This document shows positions 1-13,764 of a DNA stretch of 64,000 bases, in pieces (position 1 is the first letter of the stretch; each line of letters opens with the position of its first letter). This DNA comes from Okamejei kenojei (Eukaryota), in NCBI GenBank assembly GCA_035221665.1, contig CM069137.1, positions 42,594,001 through 42,658,000 of the forward strand, read 5' to 3'. The notes beneath the pieces were generated by a model. That model was not told the origin of the DNA and searched no databases. It saw nothing but the letters and a program-made list of their open reading frames with translations. The translations under genes were made by a program, and so were the position numbers.

Positions 1-53
1 CGGTCCCTCGTGCCCGGAGCTCAGCCTCTGTGTAGCCCAGAACAATCTTCCCT
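1..53 (-). CDS. AHR: AHR exon 8 (partial, PAS-B): GKIVLGYTEAELRARGT
   Basis: Minus strand ttctttgtttcag/A GGG AAG ATT GTT CTG GGC TAC ACA GAG. The first A completes the AA left by exon 7 (Lys). Runs off the window edge. Confidence 0.95.
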
Positions 54-775
54 CTGAAACAAAGAACAAGGGGGGTTCAAAATCTTCAGTTGCACAGTGT
101 GTTTCTTTGGCCAAAGAAATTAAAAAGTGCTGAGATTGTTGTTCCTCTGCTAGGGCAGTAATATGGATAATTAGGCTTAAACCCAATATATTTATGAAAG
201 GATAGCAGGAATGGCCTCTTACTACCATTTCAAATTGCAAATTAACCTTTTAGGAATCCTGTATCAGCACTCCCAAGTCCCTTTGCCTCTCTGATTTCTG
301 AACCCACTCACTATTTAGAAAATAGTTTATGCCTTTATTCCTACTATCAAAGTGCATGACCACACACTTTGCTTTGCTGTATTCCATCTGCCACTTGTTT
401 GCCCACTCTCCTAATCTATCCGTCTTCCAGCTTCCACCATACGACTGGCTCGTCCACCTATTTTTGTATCGTCCACAGCCTGAATCAGCAGAATAGCCTG
501 ACCAATAGCCCACATTGGTCTTCTGTAATCTGCCATCAGTGAAATGCTGTCTGGATTCACCTGTAGTAAACCTCGACTAAGTAAATCTCAACTAAATACA
601 TATGAAAGCCCACACAAATGCTCTGAAAGGCTGGACCCTGTAACTGAAGCTGGGAGTTTCATTCAAATGTCCAATCCCTCAATTAAATTCCATTCCTGGT
701 CCACCCCACAAAATCTATACTTCTTTGTACTTAATGTTCTAAAGGTTCCTTTCACGTTTCTCCCCAGGTTCTTAC

Positions 776-978
776 TTGGCATCACAGGCAAGTGGTGTGA
801 AGTCTAGCTTGTGTTTGGTTCTGAAGATCATGTTCTTGGTCCGCACCTCCAGGATGGAGGTGGACTGGAGGGGAGAGGCCAGGGCAAAGAGAGCCAGCTG
901 CGGTGGGATGGGAGTTCCGTCCTCATCCTTCCTGTTCTGTCCATGGAGGAACCTGAGCCGTCCCTGGAGATTGAGAGC
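776..978 (-). CDS. AHR: AHR exon 7: [67 protein letters not shown](K)
   Basis: 203 nt; acceptor ttttgaccaccag, donor AA/gtaag; contains the hallmark [11 protein letters not shown] motif. Confidence 0.97.
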
Positions 979-1072
979 CTGGTGGTCAAAATAAGAGGAA
1001 AAATAAATGTTGAGATGAAAATGAATATGCTGAACACCAAAATACAGATTCCCATTAATAGAATTCTAGAAG

Positions 1073-1830
1073 GCAAGTCAAGTCAAGTCAACTTTATTGT
1101 TATTGGTGGTTAGGTGCATGTACAATGAAAATCTTACTTGCATCAGCATCGCAACACATAGATTCAGACAACACACAAAACATACATTATAAATAAATTA
1201 CTCATAAATTCCACAAGCCAGTGAGTAGAAAATGATTTCAAATCACAATTAGAAAACCAGTCCATTGCCGTGCACAAGGTGGTCTATATTGTTTTGTTGC
1301 AATGGTAGGATTAGGGCTGTGCAGGTTGGTTCAAGAACCAGATGGTTGTAGGAAGGTAGCTGTTCCTGCAATTGGTTGTGGTGTGTGACTTCAAGCTGCT
1401 GTACCTTTTGCCCATAGTAACAGCGAGAAGAGGGCATGATCCAGATGGTGAGGGTCCTCAATGATCTATGCCATTTTCTTTAATCAGTGCCTCTCGTAGA
1501 TGCTTTTGATCGAGGGAAGGGCTGTGCCCATGATGTGCCCGGGCTGAGTCCACCATTCTCTGCTGCTTTGCGCGCTCCAGTGCATTGGAACTGCGGTAAC
1601 AGGCCATGATGCAACCAGTCAGGATAGTTTTTACAGTACATCTGCAGAGGTTTGTTAGAGTGTTAGGTGACATGTCAAATCCCTTTGAACTTCTAAGACA
1701 GGAAATGTATTGGCGCATCATCTTCATGATTACATCTGTGTGCTGAGACTGAGACACGTCATCCGCGATGTTAACTCACAAGAATTTGAAACAGCTAACT
1801 CTCTCCACCACTCAATCATCAATGAAAGCG
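1073..1830 (-). mobile_element. Degenerate Rex1/Babar-type LINE 3' fragment
   Basis: ORF 1458-1757 (TLTNLCRCTVKTILTGCIMACY) resembles the Rex1-type ORF2 C-terminus; short repeat tail (gtcaa)n with aataaa near 1075-1100. Confidence 0.6.
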
Positions 1831-3147
1831 CAGCTGAGAGATGGAACGGGAATTGTTTTACAAGTTGCTTTCACAAGCCCTATTTTTTCCCACAGCACCA
1901 GAATGTGCATTTTCCAAACGGTAAAGTGCATGCAAGTGAAAAGCCACCAACATCATACTGTTCGGCTCATTGGCTCTTGAAATATCTCATTGATATGATA
2001 ATTGTTCCCTTCCAGGGTCTAGCAGTTGACACAGCTCATTGTGGATAGCACTGTTAGAGCACCGGCATATTTATCCTCCTCACACACTTTGTGCTGACTT
2101 TAAGCACTCCCAGCACTAGTATTGCACATTCAGATGGACAATGAATCTCCCACTGCTCTGCCCACATCTGTACCAGAAGACTTCCAAATTACCCACTATA
2201 TCATCCATTGTACTTTCATGGAAATCTATCTACTCAGAACTGGGATGAAAATGTTTGGTAGTAAAGTGGCTTTAGGTTAGTCTGACCTGGGTTTAACTGA
2301 CCCTCTTTGAAAAGGAGAGTGAGTGTTGTACGGGACAACATGAATAGAAATATAGTGGGTATGTTTCACTCAACTGGTGTGTTTGGAAAACTGATGTGAT
2401 CGGGTAAACATCTACATGTATAATCCTTTGTGGAATTGAATCGACGGTCTCTGGCTTGAAGTCTGTTGCAAGGGAGAGTAGCTGCATTGGATTTCACTAC
2501 TGTTCTTCGTGCTCCTTAGCTATCTTTTCCCTTCTCTTATTTTGGGAAGTGGGAGAAGGAAATGTGTTTGTTTAGATTCATACAGCACAGAAACTGGCCC
2601 TTTGGCCCAACTCATCCATGCCGACTAATATGCCCCATCTAAGCTAGTCCCATTTACCTGTATTTCACCCATTTACCTCCAAACCTTTCCTTTCCATGTA
2701 CTTTATTAATTTATTAATTAATGTGTGTATTTAAGTATATAACTGTAGTCAATGCCTACTATGTTCTGTTGTGCTATGCAAAGAAAGAATTTAATTGTCC
2801 TGTCAGGGACACATGACAATAAACTCTTTTGACTTTGACTGTCCAATTGTCTTTTAAATTCTGTTATAGTACCTGCCTCAACTACCTCTTCTAGCAGCTC
2901 GATGCATATACCCACCACCTTCTGAGTGAAAAAGTTGGCCCTCAGGCTCTTATTAAATCCTGTCCCTCTTGTAGGTGCTTTGTTTTATGAATGAATGTTT
3001 CTTTTAATATGTTACTTCTTTTATTTCTTTACAGATGGTCTCACAGCAGACTGATCTACATGGACGCTATGTTAATCTGATACAGGATCAAGCCTTGAGC
3101 ACTTCACAAGTACTGGTGAAAATAGTATTAATGGAACTCTACATTTA

Positions 3148-4767
3148 CAGTGGCTTGCAAAAGTATTCATACCCCTTGAACTTTTCCACATTTTGTCGCG
3201 TTAAAATCACAAACGTAAATGTATTTTATTGGGATTTTATGTGATAGACCAACACAAAGTGGCGCATAATTGTGAAGTGGAAGGAAAATGATACATTGTT
3301 TTCAAATTTTTTTACAAATAAAAAACTGAAAAGTGTGGCGTGCAAAAGTATTCAGCCCCCTTTACTCTGATACCCCTAATAATATCCAGTGCAACCAATT
3401 GCCTTCAGAAGTCACCTAATTAGTAAATAGAGTCCACTTGTGTGTAATCTAATCTCAGTATAAATACAGCTGTTCTGTGAAGGCCTCAGAGGTTTGTTAG
3501 AGAACATTAGTGAACAAACAATGTTCATTGGGCATCATGAAGCCCATGGAACACACCAGACAGGTCAGTGATACAGTTGTGGAGAAGTTTAAAGCAGGGT
3601 TAGGTTATTAAAAAATATCCCAAGCTTTGAACGGAGCACTGTTCAATCCATCATCCGAAAATGGAAAGAGTATGGCACAACTCCATACCTACCAAGACAT
3701 GGCCATCCACCTAAACTGACAGGCCGGGCAAGGAGAGCATTGATCAGAAAAGCAGCCAAGAGGCCCATGGTAACTCTGGGGAAGTTGCAGAGATCCACAG
3801 CTCAGGTGGGAGAATTTGTCCACAGGACAACTATTTGTCATGCACTCCACAAATCGAGTCTTTATGGAAGAGTGGCAAGAAGAAAGCCATTGTTGAAACA
3901 AAGCCATAAGAAGTCTCGTTTGCAGTTTGCCACAAGCCATGTGGGGGACACAGCAAACATGTGGAGGAAGGTGCTCTGGTCTGATGAGACCAAAATTGAA
4001 GTTTTTGGCCTAAATGCAAAACGCTATGTGTGGCGGAAAACTAACACTGCACATCACCCTGAATACACCATCACCACTGTGTAACATGGTAGTGGCAGCA
4101 TCATGCTGTGGGGATGCTTTTCTTCAGCAAGGAGAGGGAAGCTGGTCAGAGTTGATGGGAAGATGGATGGAGCCAAATACAGGGCAATCTTGGAAGAAAA
4201 CCTGTTAGAGTCTGCAAAAGACTTGAGACTGGGGCGGAGGTTCACCTTCCAGCAGGACAACGACCCTAAACATACAGCCAGAGCTACAATGGAATGGTTT
4301 AGATCAAAGCATATTCATGTGTTAGAATGGCCCAGTCAAAGTCCAGACCTAAATCCAATTGAGAATCTCTGGCAAGACTTGAAAATTGCTGTTCACAGAC
4401 ACTCTCCATCCAATCTGACTGAGCTTGAGCTATTTTGCAAAGAAGAATGCGCAAAAATGTCAGTCTCTGGATGTGCAAAGCTGGTAGAGACATACCCCAA
4501 AAGACTTGCAGCTGTAATTGCAGCGAAAGGTGGTTCTACAAAGTATTGACTCGGGGGGGCTGAATACTTTTGCACACCACACTTTTCAGTTTTTTATTTG
4601 TAATAAAATTTGGAAACCATGTATCATTTTCTTTCCACTTCACAATTATGCACCACTTTGTGTTGGTCTATCACATAAAATCCCAATAAAATACATTTAC
4701 GTTTGTGGTTGGAAAGTGACAAAATGTGGAAATGTTCAAGGGGTATGAATACTTTTGCAAGCCACTG
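3148..4767 (+). mobile_element. Full-length Tc1 transposon, Passport-like (DD34E, IR/DR type)
   Basis: About 210-bp TIRs starting CAGTGGCTTGCAAAAGTATTCA, TA target duplications at 3146-3147 and 4768-4769, inner repeat caaaagtattcagcccc, total 1620 bp. Confidence 0.95.
3537..4549 (+). pseudogene. Disrupted Tc1 transposase
   Basis: GHPPK/ARRKPLL, WSDETK, FQQDNDPKH and SPDLNPIENLW motifs, ending GGSTKY. Premature TAA near 3609 and at 4082, and a small frameshifting deletion near 3632. Confidence 0.92.
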
Positions 4768-5761
4768 TATATTGCAGTACAACCAATAAACTCGAGAAGA
4801 TGGAATTTCCAGCTAAAGACACTTGCCTAGAAATTGAAAGGTGCCTTCAGTAGACAATTTGTGGTGTTTTCGATTTTAAGGGGCAGTAGCTGGAATCAGC
4901 GAGGGTTGGGAGGTGAGGGTGTGAATATTGGGACAGTTCAAGCTGGAAGTTTACTAGAGAGGCTGGGGATAAGTTGTGATGAGGGTCAGCAATTTGCAGA
5001 GGTGTGAGGCATGGAAGCTGAAGTGTGACTCGGTAGTTGTGGGAGGGGTGTCGATATGTGTTGCTATATGCCACCCTGCATGTCTGAGTTTTTCTCTATC
5101 CAAAGGCACTTCAGATCCAAGTGGGTCTCAGGGATAAAATGTGGACTTTGACTCTCAATTCTCTCATGTATGACACTTTTCCCTGAGACCAAACTGCTCA
5201 GCTCACAAGGTGCTCCACAGTCCAACCTTTGGACAATTGTACTGCGGAGAGTAGGGGCTTTGGTCATCCTCCAAAGTTCTCTTGATTTAGGAATTGTCCC
5301 TTTAGAATGAAAATTAGAAATATAACAGTTTTTTTTAAGAAGGATTCTCTGTCCCTTTCTGCGAGAACATTCATGAAACTTAACCTAACATCAGTTCCAG
5401 AAATGTTATTTGAATCTATAATTAAGGATAAGAGAGACAGAGCACTTAAGCGAAATTTGAGCTGATTTAAAAGAGCCAACATAAATGCATTAAGGTTATT
5501 GCATCTATCTGATCCCATTGAAATGTTTAAGCAAGTGCTTATAAGTCCAGAAGGTATTCAGTGAAGTTTGACTGGGGGTAAAAAAGAAAGTGGGATTTAT
5601 GATAGACTGACTGTTTCCTCTGGAATGCCAGAGGTTGTGGGTGACTTGATATAAGCATATGAAATTATGCAAGGCATAGACAGTCAAAGCCTTATTCCCA
5701 GGATGGAAAAATCAAATACTGGAGGGCATGACTTTAAGGTGAGAGGGGCAAAGTTTAAAGG

Positions 5762-6210
5762 ACTGTCATATGCTGAGAGAATGGAGCAGCTGGGCTTGTA
5801 TACTCTGGAATTTAGAAGGATGAGAGGGAATTTTATTGAAACATAAAGATTATTAAGAGTTTGGACACGTCAGAAGCAGGAAACATGTTCCTGATGTTGG
5901 GGGAAGTCCAGAACCAGGGGCCACAGTTTAAGAATAATGGGTAAACCATTTAGAATGGAGATGAGGAAACACTTTTTCACACAGAGAGTTGTAAGTCTGA
6001 GGAATTCTCTGCCTCAGAAGGCGGTGGAGGCCGGTTCTCTGGATACTTTCAAGAGAGAGCTCGATACGGCTCTTGAAGATAGCGGAGTCAGGGATATGGG
6101 GAGAAGGCAGGAACAGGATGATTGTGGATGATCAGCCATGATCACATTGAATGGCGTCACCGGCTTGATGGGCCGAATGGCCTACTCCTGCACCTATTAT
6201 CTATCGTCTA
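5762..6210 (+). mobile_element. CR1 LINE 3' fragment
   Basis: GKPFRMEMRKHFFTQRVV C-terminus plus 3' UTR gggccgaatggcctactcctgcacct. Confidence 0.85.
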
Positions 6211-7420
6211 TTGAGATGTACGGTTCAAGTTTTTTGCGGAAGCTGCGGGATTTTTCCCACGGTGGGAATATCCAGAACTGAGGGTCGTAAGGAATAGGAG
6301 TAGAATTAGGCCATTCGGCCCATCAAGTCTACTCCGCCATTCAATCATGGCTGATCTATATCTCCGTCCTAACCCCATTCTATAGGGGGGTACCAGTTTC
6401 AAAGTAAGGGGCTGCATATTGTAAACAGAAACAAGGAGGGATTTCTCTTGAGAATTGAGTCTTTAGAATTGCCGTCGTCAGGCCTGTGGAGAAGAATCAT
6501 TAAACATAGTCAGGCAGAGTTTTTTTGGGGTCTACAGGGGAGTATTAAAATGAAATTTGTTCAAAAAGTATCACACTAAACCAATTGAATGCTCCTCATC
6601 TTAATCAGTTGGAGCTCATCAGTAACATTCTGTATACCTCTTTGCATCCCATCCTAAAAAGAATATACCTGTCCTGAAGGAATGTATACAGAGCCACCAG
6701 AATACTGTCAAGGAACGAAGGTTTAAGTTATGAGCAATTTCTGTGGTCACCAAATTCTGAGAATTTTTAAAGGAAACTACTACTTCTAAGGTGTGAGTGA
6801 TTAGAATTAACATTATGTTTACTCAAAAATGCAAAGTGAGAATATGTAATAAAAGGAAAATCCTGGAAACACTCAGCAGGTTGGGCAGCAACTACGCAGA
6901 GAGAACCAGAATTAGTGTTTTAGGTCGGAAAATGTCAGTCAGAATCGGGAATGGCCATCAGTGACAAGTCAAATTGCCCTTGAGATGGTGATGTTGAGCC
7001 ACCTTTTTGAAAAGCTAAGCTCACTGTAAAACTCTCAATGTGCTGTTGGGAAGAAAGTTCCAGCATTGGGACCCAGTGCTGACGAGGAATGGCATATTCC
7101 AACTCAGGAATATATGTTACGGCATTTCTGTCTGCCTGAAGCCCTCATCCTTTGAAGTGGCTGAGGACGATGGGACAGTGTTGTGAAGGAAGCCTTGGAG
7201 TGTGGCAGAGCATTCTTCACTTGCTTATTCACTGCTGTCCTCTTTGTCTTTTCCTCTTTCTTCTTCATCAACACAATTTCCACTGCATTTAAAGTCACTC
7301 CTGTAAAAATGGAGTCCACATTCTCGACACCACTCCTCTACATTTTGATCATTGCACCCCAGGGATTCCCATAGCTTGGTGAGGAAGTTACACTTCATCA
7401 TGAACGCTTTGAAAACATCT

Positions 7421-7845
7421 TAGTTTGCCCATACTGGACTGCCCTTGTCCCGTATTTGACTGCTACTACTCGCGTCGAGGGGACTGTCGGGTAGGAGCGC
7501 TGCGTCCGGCCCCGCCTCACCCCTCCCGACGTACTGCATCCCATGGAGTGCAGCAGCAGCGCCTCGCCCGTGACCCCGTCGGTCGGCAGCCCGGTCAGTT
7601 GTCCGACCTTCGGACTTTCGCTTACTGACTACACCAAAACCGCTCATTCTCATGGCCGATTATCGGCACCCAGGCCAAAACTCCTCAGAAGGCCCGCCGG
7701 CTGGCCTTTGTGTGCAGTCCAGCACCCGGGCCAACTCATCATTCACCCAGCCACGGCCGAGTCAGTTAACGAATTGCCGTCGGGAATTTGTCCCTTATTT
7801 CGACCTTTTGTCCCTTATTTGGGAGTGAGAAAGTTGGCAACCCTA
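7421..7845. mobile_element. GC-rich non-autonomous hAT-like DNA transposon remnant
   Basis: Right end GTTGGCAACCCTA (hAT-like TAGGGTTGCC TIR) and subterminal repeats tgtccc(t/g)tattt; left TIR not clearly present. Confidence 0.55.
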
Positions 7846-8159
7846 AATGTGTCAGACATGTGAACAAAGTTGAAAATCAAAACAACTGCAAATGCTGGAA
7901 ATCTCAAATAAAAACAGAAAGTGCTGGAATAAAAATCTGCTGTATTTTTCCTGGCATGTTCCAGTTTTTGGATGTAAGCAATGTCCCCTGTTGCCAGAGT
8001 TCACCAAGTGTAATCAAGGCCTCAGTACTGGCGTGCTGCTTCAGGAGAGGATGTTGATCGTGAATGGCATTCTACCTTGGGACTACAGTGAAGGAAAATT
8101 TTAAGGTAATGAGAGGAATGCTAATTAAATGGGCTGTTGTGCCCTGGTTGTTGTACTTT

Positions 8160-8690
8160 TAGAAACATAGAAAATAGGTGTAGGAGTAGGCCATTCGGCC
8201 CTTTGAGTCAGCACCTCCATTCATTGACATCTTAGGCGATCACCCACAATCAGTACCCCGTTCTAGGCTTCTCCCTATATCCCTTGATTCAGCTAGCCCC
8301 TAGAGATCTATCTAACTCTCTTTTAAATGCATCCAGTGAATCAGCCTCAACTGCCTTCTGTGGCACAGAATTCCACAAATTCACAACTCTCTGTGTGAAA
8401 AAGTTTTTCCTCATTTCAGTTCTAAATGGCCTCCCCCTTTTTACTAAACTGTGACCCCTGGTTCTGGATTCCCCCAACATCGGGAACATGTTTCCTGCAT
8501 CTAGCGTGTCCAATCCTTTAATAATTTTATATGTTTCTTTAAGATTCCTTCCCATCCATCTAAATTCCAGTGAATACAAGCCTAGTAGCTCCATTCTTTC
8601 ATCATATGACAGTCCCGCCATCCCAGGAATTAACCTCATGAACCTACGCTGCACTCCCTCAATAGCAAGAATATCCTTCCTCAAATTAGG
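8160..8690 (-). mobile_element. CR1 LINE 3' fragment
   Basis: ORF 8289-8744 PNLRKDILAIEGVQRRF...FFTQRVVNLWNS; tail agaaacatagaaa. Confidence 0.9.
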
Positions 8691-10025
8691 ATTTGAAAAT
8701 GTTTGTTCTGAGATCAATTTTGGTGTCCCTGTGCCATCAATCAAAGTACCCTTGCTGCCACACCTCTGACCCGATGTAAGTGGAGGAGGTGGTTGGTCAC
8801 TCTTGCCTTACCTCTTGCATTACCAATTCATCATTTGGACCAAGGTCCCTTGAGGATTGGCCTTGATGGAACCCAAACAATGCAAGTGTGAGCAAGTTAT
8901 TGGTGAGCTCCATGCTGATCACATACTCCACCTCCTGGGTTGGATTTGCGCTGCTTTGTGTCCATAGAACTGATCTGAGCAGATGACAGCTTGTTGGAGT
9001 AGTTGACAGTACTGAAATCTCACCCAGAGATGTGTAAGAAGGAACTGCAGATGCTTGTTTAAACCAAAGACAGACACAAAAAGCTGGAATAACTCAGCGG
9101 AACAGGCAGCATCTCTGGAGAGAAGGAATGGATGACGTTTCAGGTCGAGACAAGGGTCCTGATGAGTTACTCCAGCTTTTTGTGTCTATCTTCAGCTCAC
9201 CCGGAGATGACGGCAATGTGGGACAAGAAACTGCAGCGTCTATCGTAGCCTGCACATCTTTCCCACCGTCTGCTCCAGAAAACAAGCTCATGCGCACACC
9301 AAATGTTTACACTGTTCTGACCTGGCTTCTCTGTTATTCCTATTCTACATGAGAATGAAAGATTCCAATTAAAACCAGGCTCTCCCATCTCTCCTTAGTG
9401 CATTTGTCCACTCTCCCTTGCTGGCCGAGTCCAAGGTCAGGAGCGCTTCATTGTCATAATATTGGAACAGGAACAGTTCTTACTTGCTGCAGCTTTACAG
9501 GCACATTAATGTAACAGCACCACGAATTAATATACAATAGTACAATAAATTATCAATGAAACTAGATAATCAAACCATTTTAGTGCAAGTGCATTGTGCA
9601 ACCTGAAACAAGGTCCATAGTAGATCGCTGATGAGGTAGGGTTGTGGGTAGGATTGAGCACTGTTGGTTCAGTGACTGATAGTTGATGGGAAGAAGATGT
9701 TTGTGAACCTGGAGGTAACGGTTCACAACTCCTGGAGGTAACGGTTCTCAGGCTCCTGTACTTTCTTCCCGATGGTAGCAAGATGAGCGTGTGGTCAGAG
9801 TAGTATGATCTTTAATGACATAAGATGCATTCTTAAGGTAAATCCCTGCGTGGAGTTCAATAACCATGATGCACTGGGAAATGTCCACTACTTTCTGCCA
9901 CCTCCTTCTTTCTTGGCTGTTCATGTTATGAAATCAGGCCATGAGACAACCAGTCAGTGTATTCTCCACTGCATATTTGTATACATTCGACGAGAGCCGA
10001 ATCTCCTCATACTTCTGAGGAAGTG

Positions 10026-10337
10026 TTCTGGGGAGTCCTGAACCAGGGGTTACAGTTTAAGAATAAGGGGCAGGCCATTTAGGACTGAGATGAGGAAAAA
10101 CCTTTTCAACCAGAGAGTTGTGAATCTGTGGAATGCTCTGCCTGTAGAGACCAATTCACTGGATGTTTTCAAGATAGAGTTAGATAGAGCTCTTAGGGCT
10201 AACGGAATCAAGGGATATGGGGAAAAAGTAGGAACGTGGTACTGATTGAGGATGATCAGCCATGATCGTTTTGAGTGGCGACGCTGGCTCGAAGGGCCGA
10301 ATGGCCTACTCCTGCACCTATTTTCTATGTTTCTATG
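10026..10337 (+). mobile_element. CR1 LINE 3' fragment
   Basis: Same 3' UTR and ctatgtttctatg tail as the other CR1 copies. Confidence 0.85.
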
Positions 10338-12737
10338 AAGTAGACGTATTGATGAGCTTTCTTTGTGATTGCATCAATGTGCTGGGCCCAGGACAGATCA
10401 TCAGACATGTGCACGCTCTGGAACTTGAAGATATTGACTCTCTCTAATGCTGTCCCATTGATGAGGTCAGGTTTATGGATCCTTGGCTTTCCATTCCTGA
10501 AGTCACAATCAGAAACCTGCAGGCAACTCATAGTACTGTTATAATCCTTTCCCCACCCTCGTCTTCACCAATAGTCTCTCAAAGAATTTTTGCAGCATTA
10601 TCAATGGTGAATGTTATTGTTAAAACCATGTTTCCTGCAATTTCTGATAAAAGTCTGTGCCCTATGAAACTGGAGACTGAGAAAATATCTCTGTGCTTTC
10701 ACGAGTAGTATTTAGCTTTATACGGCTGGTGTGGATCAATGTATTTATTCTGACCACAAGAGTTTTCTCAATAGAAACAATTTGAACTGCTGTTTGGGGA
10801 CAAGAATCAGAGGAGGGTTCTGTGTACTCCTCCCCATTTCCAGTCCTATACCAATGGAGCACTATTTTCCCATAGTGTACTGCTGAATGTAAGACACCTT
10901 ACATTGGCTTGTGATGTAGGTATTACTCTGAAACATTGCCCAAAGTGCTCACCACTGCAAACGTTCTTGTAGAACAAGTTCTCCCAAGGTGGAGAGCTTG
11001 AGGGGACAGCAGTGAAAATGGAGCATGACTGACAGGCAGGTCAAGAGCAAATTGCAGTCTGTTCATAGCAGAACATAAATTCCACATTCCATCGCACTTG
11101 CAAGAAGCAGGCGGTGAAAATATAAGACAGAACAACAAACTGAATAAAACAGTGAGTGAGAGAGAGGGATGTTAAAACACATCTAACTTGATGGCAATAT
11201 CCCAACAGTGTTTATACACAAAATTCTCTTGGCTCTTTTGAAGCCACGTCAGGTCATGAAACAGCATCAGTGAAACACCTCAGTGCTGTCCTGCTGATGG
11301 ACATGTTGAAACAAAATGTTGCCACCAAATCCTGTAAAGGGCACCGACTGAGAAACATAGAAACATAGAAAATAGGCGCAGGAGTAGGCCATTTGGCCCT
11401 TCGAGCCTGCACCGCTATTCAATATGATCATGGCTGATCATCCAACTCAGTATCCTGTACCTGCCTTATCTCCATACTCCACACCATAAATGCTCTTAAA
11501 TCAGGGTCCACCATGACTGGCAAATGTTTGATTCACCAGATCCACCCCCCAACCTGGCTCCATCTACCTACCACCCATCACTTCAAATTGATCCACCTGT
11601 TACCTATTAGCCCCCATCTCACTCCTCCCCTTCTTCCTTTTTCACACCGGCTATCTTCCCTCCCCACTCTCAGTCCTGATGCAGTGTCTCGACCTGAAAC
11701 GTTGACAATTCCTTCCGTCTCCCAACCCCCCATAGATGCTACTCACCCTGTTGAGTTCCTCCAGCAGATTGTTCAGCATTTGATCTGCAGACACCTCCTA
11801 AAGCCACAAAGTCACAATCCTACATGTAGCTAAACTATATTGGATCGGGATGAATGGACAAATGTTTCACCCCAAAGAGCTACCTAATGAATTATCTGTG
11901 AATTGTCAACTAACAGTTTTCTATCCTGTTACGTTTCCAGCATCTGTTTATTTTAAGTATATGGAAGTGAAATATTGCGAGCTAAAAGAAATGGTAAAGA
12001 ATTTTATTTGGCCCAATTTGGTTTAATTATTCTTTTCTTAAGGGAATTTCTTTCTGATTAAGTATTACAGAATGTTTAAATCCTACTAATAACAGCTAAG
12101 ATGGAGGGGGTTGTTCGAGAGAGGGGTGGGTAAAAACATCTTTATGTCTCCTGCGTGTATTTGACAGTTTAAGGTGACAAGCATTCACAAAATAAAGTAC
12201 ACATAGTTACCAAGAACTCAAGTAACACTGAAGCACTAACTCACTGTGGGAATTCCTGGCCAGCGGAAAAATGGCCAGCAATGCACAGGATGCTTCAATG
12301 TGCATCTCTGCTTTGGAGATCCTGCAACAAAACTGCAAGGGTTACGGCTCGAGTTTCTGAGCTGCCGTTCGTGTATTCTGAGCTCCTGAGGAAATGAATG
12401 CCTCAACTGTTGCCTGTGTCCCCAGGAATAAACACTGTGTAATCTGACCTGAACAGCAACATGCAGGGTCCAAATTCCTTCAGGCAGGGCAGATGTCATT
12501 GCTAATCCATCACTGCAGTTCAAAGGCATTAATCACAGTCCCTCCACAATTCTCAATGTACTCTCTGATATCCATTAAGCTTATTGTACAGTGCCCTCCA
12601 TAATGCTCGGGACAAAGACCCATCATTTATTTATTTGCCTCTGTGCTCCACAATTTGTGATTTGTAATAGAAAAAATCACTTAAAAACATAGAAAATAGG
12701 TGCAGAAGGAGGCCATTCGGCCCTCCGAGCCAGCGAT

Positions 12738-13635
12738 AGGTTGCTGAAGAGAAATCGGTCCGACATTTGTTTTATGAAGGTATTTTTATACTACGCTAGA
12801 TCATTTATTAGCTAGAGTAATTTAAAAATCATCTTCTAAAGCCGTGAATGCCGACAACGGGAAGGATTTTACAAAGGGGATAAAAGAAGGTACACAGTTT
12901 ATTTTTACATAAAAACGTGGTTCTTAGGAAGCCTTTGATCAAATTTTCATGTTGCGAAAAGGGGACAAAAAATATATACGAACCGGCAGTATTTTCCCTG
13001 CCGACTGTGGGTTAAATTCACCGCAAACCGCAACGTTCCGATCCACCGCGTTCCACTAAAACCCACTCACGTTGATTTAAATGGCCATTAATTTACAGGA
13101 ATTAAACACTAAATTCCTTCCATTTGGCCTATAAATTCATGAAAATGAGATTTTAAAATCCTGTTATATTGTGAATTATTGTGTGAATGTTATTTGGACA
13201 CTTAGGCAAGTTGAAAATGTTTATCTTTTCTTAAGAAATAGATAGATGTTTAGATCTAGTAATTGAATTTTGTAATAAGCTACAGTTAGGTAACTAACTA
13301 ATTATATGCTTTAATTTCAGGTCATCCAAGTAAGAGTGTTTCATATTTGTTTCAGAATGCTTCAATCTATAATAACTGAAAATTTCATTGAGCTCTTAAT
13401 TTTTAAGAAAGTTATGGGCTTTTGACTGTCCTAGATCACAGCTTTTGAGTTAAGTCAATGGAAAGGCAATGGGGAACAAGATGCTAATTTCTGAGTATGA
13501 AAATGGCCAAAACATTTTTAATACGTAAGATATGAAAGTGAATTAGGAGTCAAATTAAACTTCTTTTTATGCTTTATCTGATGGGATAAATTGCAGACTT
13601 GATTGTTTAAATCTCAAAATTTTGTAACATTGCTA
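12738..13635. mobile_element. Partial copy of the TAG-ended non-autonomous TIR element (same family as 30428-31944)
   Basis: Shares long blocks and the right terminus ...ctcaaaattttgtaacattgcta with the 30428-31944 copy. Confidence 0.8.
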
Positions 13636-13764
13636 GATAAGGTGGTATGCTTTGGATCTTGGGCAGTTCCTTCTCCCCTCCATACTTTGCTCTTGCCATC
13701 GCTCTGATATAAGTAAATCTTCGTCTCATCTGTCCACAAGACCTTTTTCCAGAACTGTGGTTGT

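Noticed and set aside
3005-3146. Strong plus-strand acceptor (ttttatttctttacag) and 69-aa ORF as a nested antisense gene
   Set aside because: No recognisable protein, no partner exons, and it runs into the Tc1 TIR.
3336-8035. Scattered XRE matches (TGGCGTG near 3336 and 8029) as AHR autoregulatory sites
   Set aside because: A few matches are expected by chance in 64 kb; they are unclustered and one lies in a TIR.
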